Assembly (NCBI GenBank): GCA_002269645.1
Contig: NIVC01000967.1
Coordinates: forward strand, 29,008-93,007
Length of the DNA: 64,000 nt
Reading direction: 5' to 3'
Source of the DNA: Macrostomum lignano
Taxonomy: Eukaryota
This document shows positions 58,687 to 64,000 of the stretch, piece by piece. A program made the position numbers and the translations under genes. The notes under the pieces are model-generated. The model saw only the letters and a list, made by a program, of their open reading frames with translations. It searched no databases and was not told the DNA's origin. Numbering within the stretch: position 1 is the first letter of the stretch; each line of letters begins with the position of its first letter.

Positions 58687-59389
58687 TTTAATAATCAGTG
58701 GGGTACCCCAGCGCTAAATGATAGATTTCTCTGTACTCTATGGTCCAAACCTGGGATAATCCGAGCACTCATAGTTGATTATTGGATTATTAACCAAGTT
58801 GAGCAGCTCCTCGATGAACACCTGAAATATAGGTCAGTGTCTGGCTCATGATCTTATGGTGAACCAGGCCAAGATCCGGTGAAACCTCCTGGATGATTTT
58901 CATCAACATTCTCGGGCGAAATCAGTCAGCCACTGGGCGAATTCCTGCCTCTTTGCTATGTTCTCTGGCGAGTTCCGAACCACGGACATGTCCGCATCTC
59001 TTCCAAGCACAACAAAGTGATTAACTGCTTGTCTAGACTTTTGCTTATTGTGGCTTCAATCAAGATCACTCAAGACCATGGTGTTTCGAAAATTTTTTTG
59101 CGTCAACAGTGGATCTTTTCGTAGGAGCCACGGTGCTGGCATGATCTTGCTCTTCTAGCGCTTCATCAGCAGTGACAAAGCTTTCTCCGTCTTCTTCCAA
59201 AAGCTCGCTGGCTTCGTAGTCTTCTACCATGTTGAATGCGTGCATCTTTGCAGCCAATGCGACACAGGTAACACTGCCCTGGAACTGACTAATTGGATTA
59301 CTAAATTGCTTGCTCCAAAGCCCATGGTTTGTACCATAGAGTACTGAGAAATCTATTTTTAGCAATGCGTTTCCCCACTGATTATTAAA
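58687..59389. repeat. About 68-bp imperfect inverted repeats (58687-58755 and 59321-59389) enclosing decayed coding-like sequence
   Basis: TTTAATAATCAGTGGGG...TAGATTTCTCTGTACTCTATGGTCCAAACC is matched in reverse complement. Confidence 0.6.
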
Positions 59390-62300
59390 TTGCTTGCTCT
59401 TAATATCAAGCGGCTTGCAAAAAGCTATAATAGTACGCGTATATCTATTCATAATGGTAGTTGCTATGGCCCACCAGTCTTACCTGTATTTCTTAATTAG
59501 GCCAAGTTAGCTTATAAAATAGCTTTCAAATCGAATCGAGTAATGCGATTTTTTGTACCTGTAATTAAGTACCTGCAATTTTCTATTTAATTACGGCCTG
59601 CTATAATATTACGAGTAATTGTGATAGCTTTAACTATAAAATGCGGGAGTTTTTTAAACTGCCTAAATAACCGCCTCAGTGAGACTGCCTTCTTGTAGAT
59701 TTTTCACCAATAAGCATTGGAATTGCCGTTCTCTGCTCCCCCATGCTCACCTTTCTCAGACAGATTATTAACACTTTGTTTTTTATTATTTTATTTGTTT
59801 CATTTGCATGTGCTAGACTGCAACTTTTTTAACTTGGTGGTTGTTTTACCTGCAAAGTTCCTTTCAATGATTGGGATCTGTTGTGGTTCTCTTACTTAGC
59901 CAAATTGCACTGACACCCCAATACCCCTTCCACAGGTATCGGATCTGACTGACACCCCAGTACCCCTTTCACGGGTATCGGATCAGACACCCTAACCCAC
60001 TATACGTGTAATATGGATTAAGCGGTTAAGATAGCTTATAGATAAGGAGGTTGGTTATACAGTCTGTCATGTAACTTGTATGTTGTCTATTTTTTGTGTT
60101 GTTTTGTAATATCAATGTAATTACTATTCAAAGAATAGAAATATAGTTATTATTAATCATTTCTTTTTTTACTTTACTATTTCTGGTCTACATTCTTACA
60201 AGAGAGATCATATTTAATATTCTCGTACATTATTATTATTTAATATTCTATGCTTTCTTACCAACGGAAATGTACTGCGATTGCGTCATCAAGTAACGGC
60301 AACGAACACTTGGGGTTATTATTATTGCTTCGAACTTTTTGTTTACTGGTTTATTTTTTATTTTGATGCCTTTTTATTAGCATTCCCAAAGGCTGCAGTC
60401 AATCAATTTAGCATGCTATAAGCATACTATACTACTACTAGTCTGTCGACTTGTGCACACTTGGAGTTTATTTAAGAGTGCAGCGACTAAATTTATTCGC
60501 TTTTCTGTAGCTTATAATCTCATTATTATTAATATTACTATTGGTCTTTTGTCACCGCGCTTCGCTTTTGCAACTTTCAATCATGGGCAGAGAGGTATTT
60601 AAACTATTAAACTAAGCAAATAATTGCGCCTCCTAATCAAGTAATTCATGACCGCTGTTGTCATTTGATTTCATTTCTATTGCTAAGCAAATTGCTTGAA
60701 AGAAGCAACAACCGGTAGAGTTCCGATGCGTAATTCTCAGTCAGCAAATAAACGATAAAAATGTATTCGGCTTCAAATTTTAATATATTTAAATATAGGC
60801 TTAGACTTGCGCTTCTGCCGCCTTCTAAGAAAACACGTTGATATAATAAACTGTTGTGTTTGGTTGGTTGTTTCTAATAAAATCAGGTCCAGCTGCTTAT
60901 GGGCTGGTCCAGACCCTAGTTACCGGCAGCTTTTGCTCCATCAGCCTGTATCATTAGCTTAGAAAAGATTAAGCTTCTTTGAGCTGAAAAATTGCCGATT
61001 TCTAGGGTCTTAAACCGTTCAAGCCCGAGATCGGAGGGTAAGAAGGTAAAAAAGAGGAGGTATACAATACAGGATGCTCCATCGATGTCGAGTAGCCCTT
61101 ACACCGGCAGCTCAGCAAGTTCATTGCTGCTTAGTTGTCGATGCTAGGGCTACTCTAGTCGGTTAATAATAGTTCCGTACAATAATGTAATAATCGCCAG
61201 CCGATTTAGGCGTTGCGATACAGCTCTTGATCAGGCAGCACGATGGTGTGTATACGTACTCAAAATATACGTATGTACTCGTCCGAGTGAACAAGTCTTC
61301 GGGATGCCTAACAAAGAGCCGGTATCGACTTTCAATCTCTGCTAATTAGAGAGAACGCCTTTAATTCGTTAAAAAGCAACAGGCCAGAACAAAATGAGAG
61401 TGTAAACTTACATTTGCCAGAGTTCACACTGGGTTGGCACAAAATTAACCATGTTTTACTCACTCTAAATGTATGGGGGGCTTGATGCGGAAATGCCTGG
61501 AAAATGCATATACACTGTCTGGAAGTGAAACAGGCAGAAAGCCGACTTGATTTCTCGGTGCAAGGGGACCAGCAGGCTTGGATAAAACTGAAATAAGTTA
61601 AAAACATTAGAGAGGCGGCGGCAGCGGCGGCAGAGCTTTAAGAAGTGAGAGGCCCCCTAAATATTTCCAGCGGAATGACGCCCCACCCCAACCCCCCCCC
61701 CCAACCCAGCCACCCCATACTCTCGGCGCAGACACGCACTGTTCTTGTACCCAGCTGCGTAAAACTCTCCAAACTGGACCAGCCAATAGGAATGCGGCCA
61801 GACGGCGATCAGCTGTTCAAAGCGTGCACACGGCACGGCGTGTCGGATGGCCAACCCCCTCTAGCCCCGCCTCTCGCCAACACGTTGCGTATTGCAATCA
61901 TGGACCTGGCTAATAATTGAATTTCAACGATTTTTTGTCCTTATTTCTGCAATCTGGATCAAATTGAGCCCAGCACGTTGCTAAATTAGCCTGATGACTG
62001 ATAATTTCTTGATTTTGTTTTGACTAGTCTCAGTTCAGTCCTACACAACTCCCCCACTAAAATGCGTGGTCAGGACTTAAAAAAGTCTCAAGTGTACATT
62101 GGGGGCGGAGGTCTGAGTGTTAAGTGGGCGTACCAACAACAGTGTACAGTTCATCTCCCACCCGAGGCAGGCGGGCAAGTGCGCGCGGAGAAGAGCCCAC
62201 AGAGTTCTGGCTATGGGCCTCGCGGGTTTAGTTAGCTTTAGCTCGCAGTAAAAGACCGCCGCCACTGACGTCTGCAACTCGCGTGTTTGTCCTGTGTCGG

Positions 62301-63217
62301 CTCTCACTTCTCGATTGCGCGTGTGAACAGATAGCTAGGAAATCCGATTGGGACAGTATCACAGATAGATGCTGTAATAGATAGATGCTGTAATAGTATA
62401 GGTGACAGTATCACCTCTACTATAGCCTAACAGATTTTTCATTGCGCACGCTTTGCTCGCTAAGTCGCGACGGCCCGGCCCCAGAGCTATTCAAAAGTTT
62501 AAAGTACAAAGGGCATAACATATATAACAGCAGAATTACATAGGAAAGAGCTGATTGGAAGTTTAAAAAATTCTTTAAACTGCTTTTTATTAGCTAGCTT
62601 GGGCCTTTCGCTTTGAGAACTGAAGGAAGGCCCCAGTTCAGTAAGACTACACGCATGCATTGACCGAGTGACTCTTGACTTGACTGCCTAGCAGGTCCTA
62701 CCCTACTCAATGTGCTCTACCCCGTTCATGGCAACTGGTATACACACAGCAGGCCACTGAGGATGGGCAGTTGGCTTTAGCCTGAATAAATTCTCTACAT
62801 GCATGCATGGTCGAGTTCTACTCGTATGTACATGCTGTACATAGCCCAAATTGTGATTATCTGTGCAACTGCGAGGCTCGGGACTATAGGAGAAGAGTAA
62901 ATCGCCTGTTTCCTTGCCAGGCAGGCAGTCTTCCTATGCGTTCTCTTCTACTCTCTTTCTCTCCTCCTCTTGCGCTTTCTGCAACTGTTGCTATTGCTGC
63001 TGCTGCTTACGGGGAGCGTGCGTGCTTTGCTGCACGGGTGTTGGACTGGGTTTGGCCAGTCGGCGCGGGGTACTGACTGGCTGTAGACTGCTTGAAGTAG
63101 CGGCACATTCGGTGCAATATTTAACATGTCGTCGCATGTTGCTTGTATTATATAGGGGCTACACTGGCATCGTTAAATGATAATCTTAACTTCCCGTAAC
63201 TTCCTGTAAAAAATCTT

Positions 63218-64000
63218 TTAGGCCATGTAGAGTTTAGGTCTCATGAAAGTGGATGCTTAGATCTTTTAGGCCATGTGGAGTTAGGTCTCATGAAGGTGGA
63301 TGCTTAGATCTTTTAGGCCATGTGGAGTTTAGGTCTCATGAAAGTGGATGCTTAGATCTTTTAGGCATGTGGAGTTTAGGTCTCATGAAAGTGGATGCTT
63401 AGATCTTTTAGGCCATGTGGAGTTTAGGTCTCATGAAAGTGGATGCTTAGATCTTTTAGGCCATGTGGAGTTTAGGTCTCATGAAAGTGGATGCTTAGAT
63501 CTTTTAGGCATGTGGAGTTTAGGTCTCATGAAAGTGGATGCTTAGATCTTTTAGGCCATGTGGAGTTTAGGTCTCATGAAAGTGGATGCTTAGATCTTTT
63601 AGGCCATGTGGAGTTTAGGTATCATGAAAGTGGATGCTTAGATCTTTTAGGCCATGTGGAGTTTAGGTATCATGAAAGTGGATGCTTAGATCTTTTAGGC
63701 ATGTGGAGTTTAGGTCTCATGAAAGTGGATGCTTAGATCTTTTAGGCCATGTGGAGTTTAGGTATCATGAAAGTGGATGCTTAGATCTTTTAGGCCATGT
63801 GGAGTTTAGGTCTCATGAAAGTGGATGCTTAGATCTTTTAGGCCATGTGGAGTTTAGGTATCATGAAAGTGGATGCTTAGATCTTTTAGGCCATGTGGAG
63901 TTTAGGTCTCATGAAAGTGGATGCTTAGATCTTTTAGGCCATGTGGAGTTTAGGTCTCGTGAAAGTGGATGCTTTAACCTTTTGGCCATGTGGAGTTTAG
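63218..64000. repeat. 48-bp minisatellite (GGCCATGTGGAGTTTAGGTCTCATGAAAGTGGATGCTTAGATCTTTTA)n, running off the window end
   Basis: About 16 copies. Confidence 0.96.

Noticed and set aside
61600-63180. Short ORFs and GC-rich patches near the window end
   Set aside because: No recognisable motifs or consistent exon chain; possibly promoter or UTR of a gene outside the window, but not supportable.

Overview
Eukaryotic, intron-rich animal genomic DNA. GC-rich exons and introns packed with private minisatellites suggest the flatworm Macrostomum lignano or a relative (inference, not proven). Almost all long ORFs in the supplied track over repeats are artefacts. I reconstructed seven spliced protein genes by hand, all with GT-AG junctions and consistent phases. 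On the + strand: the 3' part of TAF2, a rhodopsin-class peptide-receptor-like GPCR, and an SHB/SHD/SHE/SHF-family SH2 adaptor. On the - strand, a co-oriented cluster of four genes: an unknown ~452-aa protein (possibly a dead HDAC-fold), PRDX5, ADAP1/centaurin-alpha and ABHD11. Mobile DNA: an intact Ty3/Gypsy LTR retrotransposon (apparently identical 250-bp LTRs, 5-bp TSD, tRNA-Ser PBS, PPT) inside a minisatellite in the last SH2-gene intron; a broken piggyBac carrying a nested 102-bp mariner-type MITE; a hAT/Charlie-like MITE; and several fold-back elements. Most unusual observations: a six-fold, frame-preserving tandem duplication of the ABHD11 3' splice site; a possible trans-spliced operon; introns built as short splice-signal caps around one private minisatellite, many sharing a TGTCAG core; a sharply CpG-depleted ~6-kb block; and a PRDX5 whose resolving Cys is displaced.
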